Source of the DNA: Eledone cirrhosa
Lineage: Eukaryota
Length of the DNA: 64,000 bases
Direction of reading: 5' to 3'
Assembly (NCBI GenBank): GCA_964016885.1
Contig: OZ024753.1
Location: 28,396,001-28,460,000 of the forward strand
Positions 1-12,900 of the stretch are shown here, piece after piece. Position numbers and translations under genes: made by a program. The notes under the pieces were generated by a model that saw only the letters and a program-made list of their open reading frames with translations, was not told where the DNA came from and did not search any database. Position 1 is the stretch's first letter. Every line of letters begins with the position of its first letter.

Positions 1-17
1 CACTCATGTATGGGCCT

Positions 18-58
18 TGGTAGTTACAAAAGACAGCTCTATATAATTATTACTGCCA
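18..58. other. Imperfect inverted repeat within each monomer (arms at monomer positions 18-29 and 47-58; first copy shown)
   Basis: Left arm TGGTAGTTACAA versus reverse complement of right arm TTATTACTGCCA (TGGCAGTAATAA): 9/12 Watson-Crick pairs plus one T.G wobble, with a 17-nt spacer. Confidence 0.8.
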
Positions 59-96
59 GACAGTCACTCATGTAGTGGCCTTGGTAGTTACAAAAG

Positions 97-104
97 AGAG
101 CTCT
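97..104. other. 8-bp palindrome AGAGCTCT (contains SacI GAGCTC and AluI AGCT) in G34-type monomers; a second palindrome ATAATTAT lies at monomer positions 43-50
   Basis: Read directly in monomer 2. The common G34C variant (GACAGCTC) destroys the SacI site but keeps AluI. HaeIII GGCC and NlaIII CATG also occur once in most monomers. Confidence 0.9.
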
Positions 105-3100
105 ATATAATTATTACTGCCAGACAGTCACTCATGTATGGGCCTTGGTAGTTACAAAAGAGAGCTCTATATAATTATTACTGCCAGACAGTCACTCATG
201 TATGGGCCTTGGTAGTTACAAAAGACAGCTCTATATAATTATTACTGCCAGACAGTCACTCATGTATGGGCCTTGGTAGTTACAAAAGAGAGCTCTATAT
301 AATTATTACTGCCAGACAGTCACTCATGTATGGGCCTTGGTAGTTACAAAAGAGAGCTCTATATAATTATTACTGCCAGACAGTCACTCATGTATGGGCC
401 TTGGTAGTTACAAAAGAGAGCTCTATATAATTATTACTGCCAGACAGTCACTCATGTATGGGCCTTGGTAGTTACAAAAGAGAGCTCTATATAATTATTA
501 CTGCCAGACAGTCACTCATGTATGGGCCTTGGTAGTTACAAAAGACAGCTCTATATAATTATTACTGCCAGACAGTCACTCATGTATGGGCCTTGGTAGT
601 TACAAAAGAGAGCTCTATATAATTATTACTGCCAGACAGTCACTCATGTATGGGCCTTGGTAGTTACAAAAGACAGCTCTATATAATTATTACTGCCAGA
701 CAGTCACTCATGTATAGGCCTTGGTAGTTACAAAAGGGAGCTCTATATAATTATTACTGCCAGACAGTCACTCATGTATAGGCCTTGGTAGTTACAAAAG
801 AGAGCTCTATATAATTATTACTGCCAGGCAGTCACTCATGTATGGGCCTTGGTAGTTACAAAAGAGAGCTCTATATAATTATTACTGCCAGACAGTCACT
901 CATGTATGGGCCTTGGTAGTTACAAAAGAGAGCTCTATATAATTATTACTGCCAGACAGTCACTCATGTATGGGCCTTGGTAGTTACAAAAGAGAGCTCT
1001 ATATAATTATTACTGCCAGACAGTCACTCATGTATGGGCCTTGGTAGTTACAAAAGACAGCTCTATATAATTATTACTGCAAGACAGTCACTCATGAAAG
1101 GGCCTTGGTAGTTACAAAAGAGAGCTCTATATAATTATTACTGCCAGACAGTCACTCATGTATGGGCCTTGGTAGTTACAAAAGACAGCTCTATATAATT
1201 ATTACTGCCAGACAGTCACTCATGTATGGGCCTTGGTAGTTACAAAAGAGAGCTCTATATAATTATTACTGCCAGACAGTCACTCATGTATAGGCCTTGG
1301 TAGTTATAAAAGGGAGCTCTATATAATTATTACTGCCAGACAGTCACTCATGCATGGGCCTTGGTAGTTACAAAAGACAGCTCTATATAATTATTACTGC
1401 CAGACAGTCACTCATGTATGGGCCTTGGTAGTTACAAAAGAGAGCTCTATATAATTATTACTGCCAGACAGTCACTCATGTATAGGCCTTGGTAGTTACA
1501 AAAGGGAGCTCTATATAATTATTACTGCCAGACAGTCACTCATGTATGGGCCTTGGTAGTTACAAAAGACAGCTCTATATAATTATTACTGCCAGACAGT
1601 CACTCATGTATGGGCCTTGGTAGTTACAAAAGAGAGCTCTATATAATTATTACTGCCAGACAGTCACTCATGTGTAGGCCTTGGTAGTTACAAAAGACAG
1701 CTCTATATAATTATTACTGCAAGACAATCACTCATGTATAGGCATTGGTAGTTACAAAAGAGAGTTCTATATAATTATTACTGCCAGACAGTCACTCATG
1801 TATGGGCCTTGGTAGTTACAAAAGAGAGCTCTATATAATTATTACTGCCAGACAGTCACTCATGTATAGGCATTGGTAGTTACAAAAGAGAGCTCTATAT
1901 AATTATTACTGCCAGACAGTCACTCATGTATGAGCCTTGGTAGTTACAAAAGAGAGCTCTATAAAATTATTACTGCCAGACAGTCACTCATGTATGGGCC
2001 TTGGTAGTTAAAAAAGAGAGCTCTATATAATTATTACTGCAAGACAGTCACTCATGTATGGGCCTTTTGTAGTTACAAAAGAGAGCTCTATATAATTATT
2101 ACTGCCAGACAGTCACTCATGTATGGGCCTTGGTAGTTACAAAAGACAGCTCTATATAATTATTACTGCCAGACAGTCACTCATGTATGGGCCTTGGTAG
2201 TTACAAAAGAGAGCTCTATATAATTATTACTGCCAGACAGTCACTCATGTATAGGCCTTGGTAGTTACAAAAGGGAGCTCTATATAATTATTACTGCCAG
2301 ACAGTCACTCATGTATAGGCCTTGGTAGTTACAAAAGAGAGCTCTATATAATTATTACTGCCACACAGTCACTCATGTATGGGCCTTGGTAGTTACAAAA
2401 GACAGCTCTATATAATTATTACTGCCAGACAGTCACTCATGTAGTGGCCTTGGTAGTTACAAAAGAGAGCTCTATATAATTATTACTGCCAGACAGTCAC
2501 TCATGTATGGGCCTTGGTAGTTACAAAAGAGAGCTCTATATAATTATTACTGCCAGACAGTCACTCATGTATGGGCCTTGGTAGTTACAAAAGACAGCTC
2601 TATATAATTATTACTGCCAGACAGTCACTCATGTATGGGCCTTGGTAGTTACAAAAGAGAGCTCTATATAATTATTACTGCCAGACAGTCACTCATGTAT
2701 GGGCCTTGGTAGTTACAAAAGAGAGCTCTATATAATTATTACTGCCAGACAGTCACTCATGTATGGGCCTTGGTAGTTACAAAAGAGAGCTCTATATAAT
2801 TATTACTGCCAGACAGTCACTCATGTATGGGCCTTGGTAGTTACAAAAGAGAGCTCTATATAATTATTACTGCCAGACAGTCACTCATGTATGGGCCTTG
2901 GTAGTTACAAAAGACAGCTCTATATAATTATTACTGCCAGACAGTCACTCATGTATGGGCCTTGGTAGTTACAAAAGAGAGCTCTATATAATTATTACTG
3001 CCAGACAGTCACTCATGTATGGGCCTTGGTAGTTACAAAAGACAGCTCTATATAATTATTACTGCCAGACAGTCACTCATGTATAGGCCTTGGTAGTTAC

Positions 3101-4399
3101 AAAAGGGAGCTCTATATAATTATTACTGCCAGACAGTCACTCATGTATAGGCCTTGGTAGTTACAAAAGAGAGCTCTATATAATTATTACTGCCAGGCAG
3201 TCACTCATGTATGGGCCTTGGTAGTTACAAAAGAGAGCTCTATATAATTATTACTGCCAGACAGTCACTCATGTATGGGCCTTGGTAGTTACAAAAGAGA
3301 GCTCTATATAATTATTACTGCCAGACAGTCACTCATGTATGGGCCTTGGTAGTTACAAAAGAGAGCTCTATATAATTATTACTGCCAGACAGTCACTCAT
3401 GTATGGGCCTTGGTAGTTACAAAAGACAGCTCTATATAATTATTACTGCAAGACAGTCACTCATGAAAGGGCCTTGGTAGTTACAAAAGAGAGCTCTATA
3501 TAATTATTACTGCCAGACAGTCACTCATGTATGGGCCTTGGTAGTTACAAAAGACAGCTCTATATAATTATTACTGCCAGACAGTCACTCATGTATGGGC
3601 CTTGGTAGTTACAAAAGAGAGCTCTATATAATTATTACTGCCAGACAGTCACTCATGTATAGGCCTTGGTAGTTATAAAAGGGAGCTCTATATAATTATT
3701 ACTGCCAGACAGTCACTCATGCATGGGCCTTGGTAGTTACAAAAGACAGCTCTATATAATTATTACTGCCAGACAGTCACTCATGTATGGGCCTTGGTAG
3801 TTACAAAAGAGAGCTCTATATAATTATTACTGCCAGACAGTCACTCATGTATAGGCCTTGGTAGTTACAAAAGGGAGCTCTATATAATTATTACTGCCAG
3901 ACAGTCACTCATGTATAGGCCTTGGTAGTTACAAAAGAGAGCTCTATATAATTATTACTGCCAGACAGTCACTCATGTATGGGCCTTGGTAGTTACAAAA
4001 GAGAGCTCTATATAATTATTACTGCCAGACAGTCACTCATGTATGGGCCTTGGTAGTTACAAAAGACAGCTCTATATAATTATTACTGCCAGACAGTCAC
4101 TCATGTATAGGCCTTGGTAGTTACAAAAGAGAGCTCTATATAATTATTACTGCCACACAGTCACTCATGTATGGGCCTTGGTAGTTACAAAAGACAGCTC
4201 TATATAATTATTACTGCCAGACAGTCACTCATGTAGTGGCCATGGTAGTTACAAAAGAGAGCTCTATATAATTATTACTGCCAGACAGTCACTCATGTAT
4301 GGGCCTTGGTAGTTACAAAAGACAGCTCTATATAATTATTACTGCCAGACAGTCACTCATGTATAGGCCTTGGTAGTTACAAAAGAGAGCTCTATATAA

Positions 4400-7300
4400 T
4401 TATTACTGCCACACAGTCACTCATGTATGGGCCTTGGTAGTTACAAAAGACAGCACTATATAATTATTACTGCCAGACAGTCACTCATGTAGTGGCCTTG
4501 GTAGTTACAAAAGAGAGCTCTATATAATTATTACTGCCAGACAGTCACTCATGTATGGGCCTTGGTAGTTACAAAAGAGAGCTCTATATAATTATTACTG
4601 CCAGACAGTCACTCATGTATGGGCCTTGGTAGTTACAAAAGACAGCTCTATATAATTATTACTGCCAGACAGTCACTCATGTATGGGCCTTGGTAGTTAC
4701 AAAAGAGAGCTCTATATAATTATTACTGCCAGACAGTCACTCATGTATGGGCCTTGGTAGTTACAAAAGACAGCTCTATATAATTATTACTGCCAGACAG
4801 TCACTCATGTATGGGCCTTGGTAGTTACAAAAGAGAGCTCTATATAATTATTACTGCCAGACAGTCACTCATGTATGGGCCTTGGTAGTTACAAAAGAGA
4901 GCTCTATATAATTATTACTGCCAGACAGTCACTCATGTATGGGCCTTGGTAGTTACAAAAGACAGCTCTATATAATTATTACTGCCAGACAGTCACTCAT
5001 GTATGGGCCTTGGTAGTTACAAAAGAGAGCTCTATATAATTATTACTGCCAGACAGTCACTCATGTATGGGCCTTGGTAGTTACAAAAGACAGCTCTATA
5101 TAATTATTACTGCCAGACAGTCACTCATGTATAGGCCTTGGTAGTTACAAAAGGGAGCTCTATATAATTATTACTGCCAGACAGTCACTCATGTATAGGC
5201 CTTGGTAGTTACAAAAGAGAGCTCTATATAATTATTACTGCCAGACAGTCACTCATGTATGGGCCTTGGTAGTTACAAAAGAGAGCTCTATATAATTATT
5301 ACTGCCAGACAGTCACTCATGTATGGGCCTTGGTAGTTACAAAAGAGAGCTCTATATAATTATTACTGCCAGACAGTCACTCATGTATGGGCCTTGGTAG
5401 TTACAAAAGAGAGCTCTATATAATTATTACTGCCAGACAGTCACTCATGTATGGGCCTTGGTAGTTACAAAAGACAGCTCTATATAATTATTACTGCAAG
5501 ACAGTCACTCATGAATGGGCCTTGGTAGTTACAAAAGAGAGCTCTATATAATTATTACTGCCAGACAGTCACTCATGTATGGGCCTTGGTAGTTACAAAA
5601 GACAGCTCTATATAATTATTACTGCCAGACAGTCACTCATGTATGGGCCTTGGTAGTTACAAAAGAGAGCTCTATATAATTATTACTGCCAGACAGTCAC
5701 TCATGTATAGGCCTTGGTAGTTATAAAAGGGAGCTCTATATAATTATTACTGCCAGACAGTCACTCATGCATGGGCCTTGGTAGTTACAAAAGACAGCTC
5801 TATATAATTATTACTGCCAGACAGTCACTCATGTATGGGCCTTGGTAGTTACAAAAGAGAGCTCTATATAATTATTACTGCCAGACAGTCACTCATGTAT
5901 AGGCCTTGGTAGTTACAAAAGGGAGCTCTATATAATTATTACTGCCAGACAGTCACTCATGTATAGGCCTTTAGTTACAAAAGAGAGCTCTATATAATTA
6001 TTACTGCCAGACAGTCACTCATGTATGGGCCTTGGTAGTTACAAAAGAGAGCTCTATATAATTATTACTGCCAGACAGTCACTCATGTATGGGCCTTGGT
6101 AGTTACAAAAGACAGCTCTATATAATTATTACTGCCAGACAGTCACTCATGTATGGGCCTTGGTAGTAACAAAAGAGAGCTCTATATAATTATTACTGCC
6201 AGACAGTCACTCATGTATGGGCCTTGGTAGTTACAAAAGACAGCTCTATATAATTATTACTGCAAGACAGTCACTCATGTATGGGCCTTGGTAGTTACAA
6301 AAGGGAGCTCTATATAATTATTACTGCCAGACAGTCACTCATGTATGGGCCTTGGTAGTTACAAAAGAGAGCTCTATATAATTATTACTGCCAGACAGTC
6401 ACTCATGTATGGGCCTTGGTAGTTACAAAAGAGAGCTCTATACAATTATTACTGCCAGACAGTCACTCATGTATAGGCATTGGTAGTTACAAAAGAGAGC
6501 TCTATATAATTATTACTGCCAGACAGTCACTCATGTATGGGCCTTGGTAGTTACAAAAGAGAGCTCTATTAAATTATTACTGCCAGACAGTCACTCATGT
6601 ATGGGCCTTGGTAGTTAAAAAAGAGAGCTCTATATAATTATTACTGCAAGACAGTCACTCATGTATGGGCCTTGGTAGTTACAAAAGAGAGCTCTATATA
6701 ATTATTACTGCCAGACAGTCACTCATGTATGGGCCTTGGTAGTTACAAAAGACAGCTCTATATAATTATTACTGCCAGACAGTCACTCATGTATGGGTCT
6801 TGGTAGTTACAAAAGAGAGCTCTATATAATTTTTACTGCCAGACAGTCACTCATGTATAGGCCTTGGTAGTTACAAAAGGGAGCTCTATATAATTATTAC
6901 TGCCAGACAGTCACTCATGTATAGGCATTGGTAGTTACAAAAGAGAGCTCTATATAATTATTACTGCCAGACAGTCACTCATGTATGGGCCTTGGTAGTT
7001 ACAAAAGAGAGCTCTATATAATTATTACTGCCAGACAGTCACTCATGTATAGGCATTGGTAGTTACAAAAGAGAGCTCTATATAATTATTACTGCCAGAC
7101 AGTCACTCATGTATGAGCCTTGGTAGTTACAAAAGAGAGCTCTATAAAATTATTACTGCCAGACAGTCACTCATGTATGGGCATTGGTAGTTAAAAAAGA
7201 GAGCTCTATATAATTATTACTGCAAGACAGTCACTCATGTATGGGCCTTGGTAGTTACAAAAGAGAGCTCTATATAATTATTACTGCCAGACAGTCACTC

Positions 7301-9940
7301 ATGTATGGGCTTTGGTAGTTACAAAAGACAGCTCTATATAATTATTACTGCCAGACAGTCACTCATGTATGGGCCTTGGTAGTTACAAAAGAGAGCTCTA
7401 TATAATTATTACTGCCAGACAGTCACTCATGTATAGGCCTTGGTAGTTACAAAAGGGAGCTCTATATAATTATTACTGCCAGACAGTCACTCATGTATGG
7501 GCCTTGGTAGTTACAAAAGAGAGCTCTATATAATTATTACTGCCACCCAGTCACTCATGTATGGGCCTTGGTAGTTACAAAAGACAGCTCTATATAATTA
7601 TTACTGCCAGACAGTCACTCATGTAGTGGCCTTGGTAGTTACAAAAGAGAGCTCTATATAATTATTACTGCCAGACAGTCACTCATGTATGAGCCTTGGT
7701 AGTTACAAAAGAGAGCTCTATAAAATTATTACTGCCAGACAGTCACTCATGTATGGGCCTTGGTAGTTACAAAAGGGAGCTCTATATAATTATTACTGCC
7801 AGACAGTCACTCATGTATAGGCATTGGTAGTTACAAAAGAGAGCTCTATATAATTATTACTGCCAGACAGTCACTCATGTATGGGCCTTGGTAGTTACAA
7901 AAGAGAGCTCTATATAATTATTACTGCCAGACAGTCACTCATGTATAGGCATTGGTAGTTACAAAAGAGAGCTCTATATAATTATTACTGCCAGACAGTC
8001 ACTCATGTATGAGCCTTGGTAGTTACAAAAGAGAGCTCTATAAAATTATTACTGCCAGACAGTCACTCATGTATGGGCCTTGGTAGTTAAAAAAGAGAGC
8101 TCTATATAATTATTACTGCAAGACAGTCACTCATGTATGGGCCTTGGTAGTTACAAAAGACAGCTCTATATAATTATTACTGCCAGACAGTCAGTCATGT
8201 ATGGGCCTTGGTAGTTACAAAAGAGAGCTCTATATAATTATTACTGCCAGACAGACACTCATGTATAGGCCTTGGTAGTTACAAAAGGGAGCTCTATATA
8301 ATTATTACTGCCAGACAGTCACTCATGTATAGGCCTTGGTAGTTACAAAAGAGAGCTCTATATAATTATTACTGCCACACAGTCACTCATGTATGGGCCT
8401 TGGTAGTTACAAAAGACAGCTCTATATAATTATTACTGCCAGACAGTCACTCATGTAGTGGCCTTGGTCGTTACAAAAGAGAGCTCTATATAATTATTAC
8501 TGCCAGACAGTCACTCATGTATGGGCCTTGGTAGTTACAAAAGAGAGCTCTATATAATTATTACTGCCAGACAGTCACTCATGTATGGGCCTTGGTAGTT
8601 ACAAAAGACAGCTCTATATAATTATTACTGCCAGACAGTCACTCATGTATGGGCCTTGGTAGTTACAAAAGAGAGCTCTATATAATTATTACTGCCAGAC
8701 AGTCACTCATGTATGGGCCTTGGTAGTTACAAAAGACAGCTCTATATAATTATTACTGCCAGACAGTCACTCATGTATGGGCCTTGGTAGTTACAAAAGA
8801 GAGCTCTATATAATTATTACTGCCAGACAGTCACTCATGTATGGGCCTTGGTAGTTACAAAAGAGAGCTCTATATAATTATTACTGCCAGACAGTCACTC
8901 ATGTATGGGCCTTGGTAGTTACAAAAGACAGCTCTATATAATTATTACTGCCAGACAGTCACTCATGTATGGGCCTTGGTAGTTACAAAAGAGAGCTCTA
9001 TATAATTATTACTGCCAGACAGTCACTCATGTATGGGCCTTGGTAGTTACAAAAGACAGCTCTATATAATTATTACTGCCAGACAGTCACTCATGTATAG
9101 GCCTTGGTAGTTACAAAAGGGAGCTCTATATAATTATTACTGCCAGACAGTCACTCATGTATAGGCCTTGGTAGTTACAAAAGAGAGCTCTATATAATTA
9201 TTACTGCCAGACAGTCACTCATGTATGGGCCTTGGTAGTTACAAAAGAGAGCTCTATATAATTATTACTGCCAGACAGTCACTCATGTATGGGCCTTGGT
9301 AGTTACAAAAGAGAGCTCTATATAATTATTACTGCCAGACAGTCACTCATGTATGGGCCTTGGTAGTTACAAAAGAGAGCTCTATATAATTATTACTGCC
9401 AGACAGTCACTCATGTATGGGCCTTGGTAGTTACAAAAGACAGCTCTATATAATTATTACTGCAAGACAGTCACTCATGAATGGGCCTTGGTAGTTACAA
9501 AAGAGAGCTCTATATAATTATTACTGCCAGACAGTCACTCATGTATGGGCCTTGGTAGTTACAAAAGACAGCTCTATATAATTATTACTGCCAGACAGTC
9601 ACTCATGTATGGGCCTTGGTAGTTACAAAAGAGAGCTCTATATAATTATTACTGCCAGACAGTCACTCATGTATAGGCCTTGGTAGTTATAAAAGGGAGC
9701 TCTATATAATTATTACTGACAGACAGTCACTCATGCATGGGCCTTGGTAGTTACAAAAGACAGCTCTATATAATTATTACTGCCAAACAGTCACTCATGT
9801 ATGGGCCTTGGTAGTTACAAAAGAGAGCTCTATATAATTATTATTGCCAGACAGTCACTCATGTATAGGCCTTGGTAGTTACAAAAGGGAGCTCTATATA
9901 ATTATTACTGCCAGACAGTCACTCATGTATAGGCCTTGGT
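4400..9940 (+). repeat. Block duplication, offset 3966 bp (62 monomers - 2 nt): ~4400-5970 repeated at ~8370-9940
   Basis: AGTGG 4491/8457 and ATGAATGGG 5511/9477, with matching TTATAAAAGGG and ATGCATGG variants. Boundaries are approximate. Confidence 0.8.
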
Positions 9941-12900
9941 AGTTACAAAAGAGAGCTCTATATAATTATTACTGCCAGACAGTCACTCATGTATGGGCCT
10001 TGGTAGTTACAAAAGAGAGCTCTATATAATTATTACTGCCAGGCAGTCACTCATGTATGGGCCTTGGTAGTTACAAAAGACAGCTCTATATAATTATTAC
10101 TGCCAGACAGTCACTCATGTATGGGCCTTGGTAGTTACAAAAGAGAGCTCTATATAATTATTACTGCCAGACAGTCACTCATGTATGGGCCTTGGTAGTT
10201 ACAAAAGACAGCTCTATATAATTATTACTGCCAGACAGTCACTCATGTATAGGCATTGGTAGTTACAAAAGAGAGCTCTATATAATTATTACTGCCAGAC
10301 AGTCACTCATGTATGAGCCTTGGTAGTTACAAAAGAGAGCTCTATAAAATTATTACTGCCAGACAGTCACTCATGTATGGGCCTTGGTAGTTAAAAAAGA
10401 GAGCTCTATATAATTATTACTGCAAGACAGTCACTCATGTATGGGCCTAGGTAGTTACAAAAGAGAGCTCTATATAATTATTACTGCCAGACAGTCACTC
10501 ATGTATGGGCCTTGGTAGTTACAAAAGACAGCTCTATATAATTATTACTGCCAGACAGTCACTCATGTATGGGCCTTGGTAGTTACAAAAGAGAGCTCTA
10601 TATAATTATTACTGCCAGACAGTCACTCATGTATAGGCCTTGGTAGTTACAAAAGGGAGCTCTATATAATTATTACTGCCAGACAGTCACTCATGTATGG
10701 GCCTTGGTAGTTACAAAAGAGAGCTCTATATAATTATTACTGCCACCCAGTCACTCATGTATGGGCCTTGGTAGTTACAAAAGACAGCTCTATATAATTA
10801 TTACTGCCAGACAGTCACTCATGTAGTGGCCTTGGTAGTTACAAAAGAGAGCTCTATATAATTATTACTGCCAGACAGTCACTCATGTATGGGCCTTGGT
10901 AGTTACAAAAGAGAGCTCTATATAATTATTACTGCCAGACAGTCACTCATGTATGGGCCTTGGTAGTTACAAAAGACATCTCTATATAATTATTACTGCC
11001 AGACAGTCACTCATGTATGAGCCTTGGTAGTTACAAAAGAGAGCTCTATAAAATTATTACTGCCAGACAGTCACTCATGTATGGGCCTTGGTAGTTACAA
11101 AAGGGAGCTCTATATAATTATTACTGCCAGACAGTCACTCATGTATAGGCATTGGTAGTTACAAAAGAGAGCTCTATATAATTATTACTGCCAGACAGTC
11201 ACTCATGTATGGGCCTTGGTAGTTACAAAAGAGAGCTCTATATAATTATTACTGCCAGACAGTCACTCATGTATAGGCATTGGTAGTTACAAAAGAGAGC
11301 TCTATATAATTATTACTGCCAGACAGTCACTCATGTATGAGCCTTGGTAGTTACAAAAGAGAGCTCTATAAAATTATTACTGCCAGACAGTCACTCATGT
11401 ATGGGCCTTGGTAGTTAAAAAAGAGAGCTCTATATAATTATTACTGCAAGACAGTCACTCATGTATGGGCCTTGGTAGTTACAAAAGAGAGCTCTATATA
11501 ATTATTACTGCCAGACAGTCACTCATGTATGGGCCTTGGTAGTTACAAAAGACAGCTCTATATAATTATTACTGCCAGACAGTCACTCATGTATGGGCCT
11601 TGGTAGTTACAAAAGAGAGCTCTATATAATTATTACTGCCAGACAGTCACTCATGTATAGGCCTTGGTAGTTACAAAAGGGAGCTCTATATAATTATTAC
11701 TGCCAGACAGTCACTCATGTATGGGCCCTGGTAGTTACAAAAGAGAGCTCTATATAATTATTACTGCCACCCAGTCACTCATGTATGGGCCTTGGTAGTT
11801 ACAAAAGACAGCTCTATATAATTATTACTGCCAGACAGTCACTCATGTAGTGGCCTTGGTAGTTACAAAAGAGAGCTCTATATAATTATTACTGCCAGAC
11901 AGTCACTCATGTATGGGCCTTGGTAGTTACAAAAGAGAGCTCTATATAATTATTACTGCCAGACAGTCACTCATGTATGGGCCTTGGTAGTTACAAAAGA
12001 CAGCTCTATATAATTATTACTGCCAGACAGTCACTCATGTATGGGCCTTGGTAGTTACAAAAGAGAGGTCTATATAATTATTACTGCCAGACAGTCACTC
12101 ATGTATGGGCCTTGGTAGTTACAAAAGACAGCTCTATATAATTATTACTGCCAGACAGTCACTCATGTATGGGTCTTGGTAGTTACAAAAGAGAGCTCTA
12201 TATAATTATTACTGCCAGACAGTCACTCATGTATAGGCCTTGGTAGTTACAAAAGGGAGCTCTATATAATTATTACTGCCAGACAGTCACTCATGTATAG
12301 GCATTGGTAGTTACAAAAGAGAGCTCTATATAATTATTACTGCCAGACAGTCACTCATGTATGGGCCTTGGTAGTTACAAAAGAGAGCTCTATATAATTA
12401 TTACTGCCAGACAGTCACTCATGTATAGGCATTGGTAGTTACAAAAGAGAGCTCTATATAATTATTACTGCCAGACAGTCACTCATGTATGAGCCTTGGT
12501 AGTTACAAAAGAGAGCTCTATAAAATTATTACTGCCAGACAGTCACTCATGTATGGGCCTTGGTAGTTAAAAAAGAGAGCTCTATATAATTATTACTGCA
12601 AGACAGTCACTCATGTATGGGCCTTGGTAGTTACAAAAGAGAGCTCTATATAATTATTACTGCCAGACAGTCACTCATGTATGGGCCTTGGTAGTTACAA
12701 AAGACAGCTCTATATAATTATTACTGCCAGACAGTCACTCATGTATGGGCCTTGGTAGTTACAAAAGAGAGCTCTATATAATTATTACTGCCAGACAGTC
12801 ACTCATGTATAGGCCTTGGTAGTTACAAAAGGGAGCTCTATATAATTATTACTGCCAGACAGTCACTCATGTATAGGCCTTGGTAGTTACAAAAGAGAGC

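Larger units (their letters stand above)
1..3916 (+). repeat. Block duplication, offset 2369 bp (37 monomers + 1 nt): 1-~1547 repeated at 2370-~3916
   Basis: Rare markers match at a constant offset: GTAGTGG 72/2441, TGCCAGGCA 822/3191, TCATGAAAG 1092/3461, GCATGG 1352/3721. Confidence 0.9.

Noticed and set aside
1-128. Satellite-encoded hammerhead ribozyme (as in newt satellite 2 or schistosome Sm-alpha)
   Set aside because: The CTGANGA and GAAA core motifs are absent from the consensus on both strands.
1-128. tRNA, 5S, snRNA or spliced-leader gene array; telomeric repeat; CENP-B box
   Set aside because: No cloverleaf, GTTCGA B-box, recognisable RNA gene sequence or short G-rich telomere unit. 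The CENP-B box requires CpGs, which are absent.
138-215. Repeated small ORF MGLGSYKRELYIIITARQSLMYGPW*, or a repeat-protein CDS
   Set aside because: 64 is not a multiple of 3. TAG (position 21) and TAA (position 44) limit + strand open frames to about 34 codons, and the - strand consensus has stops in all three frames within each monomer.
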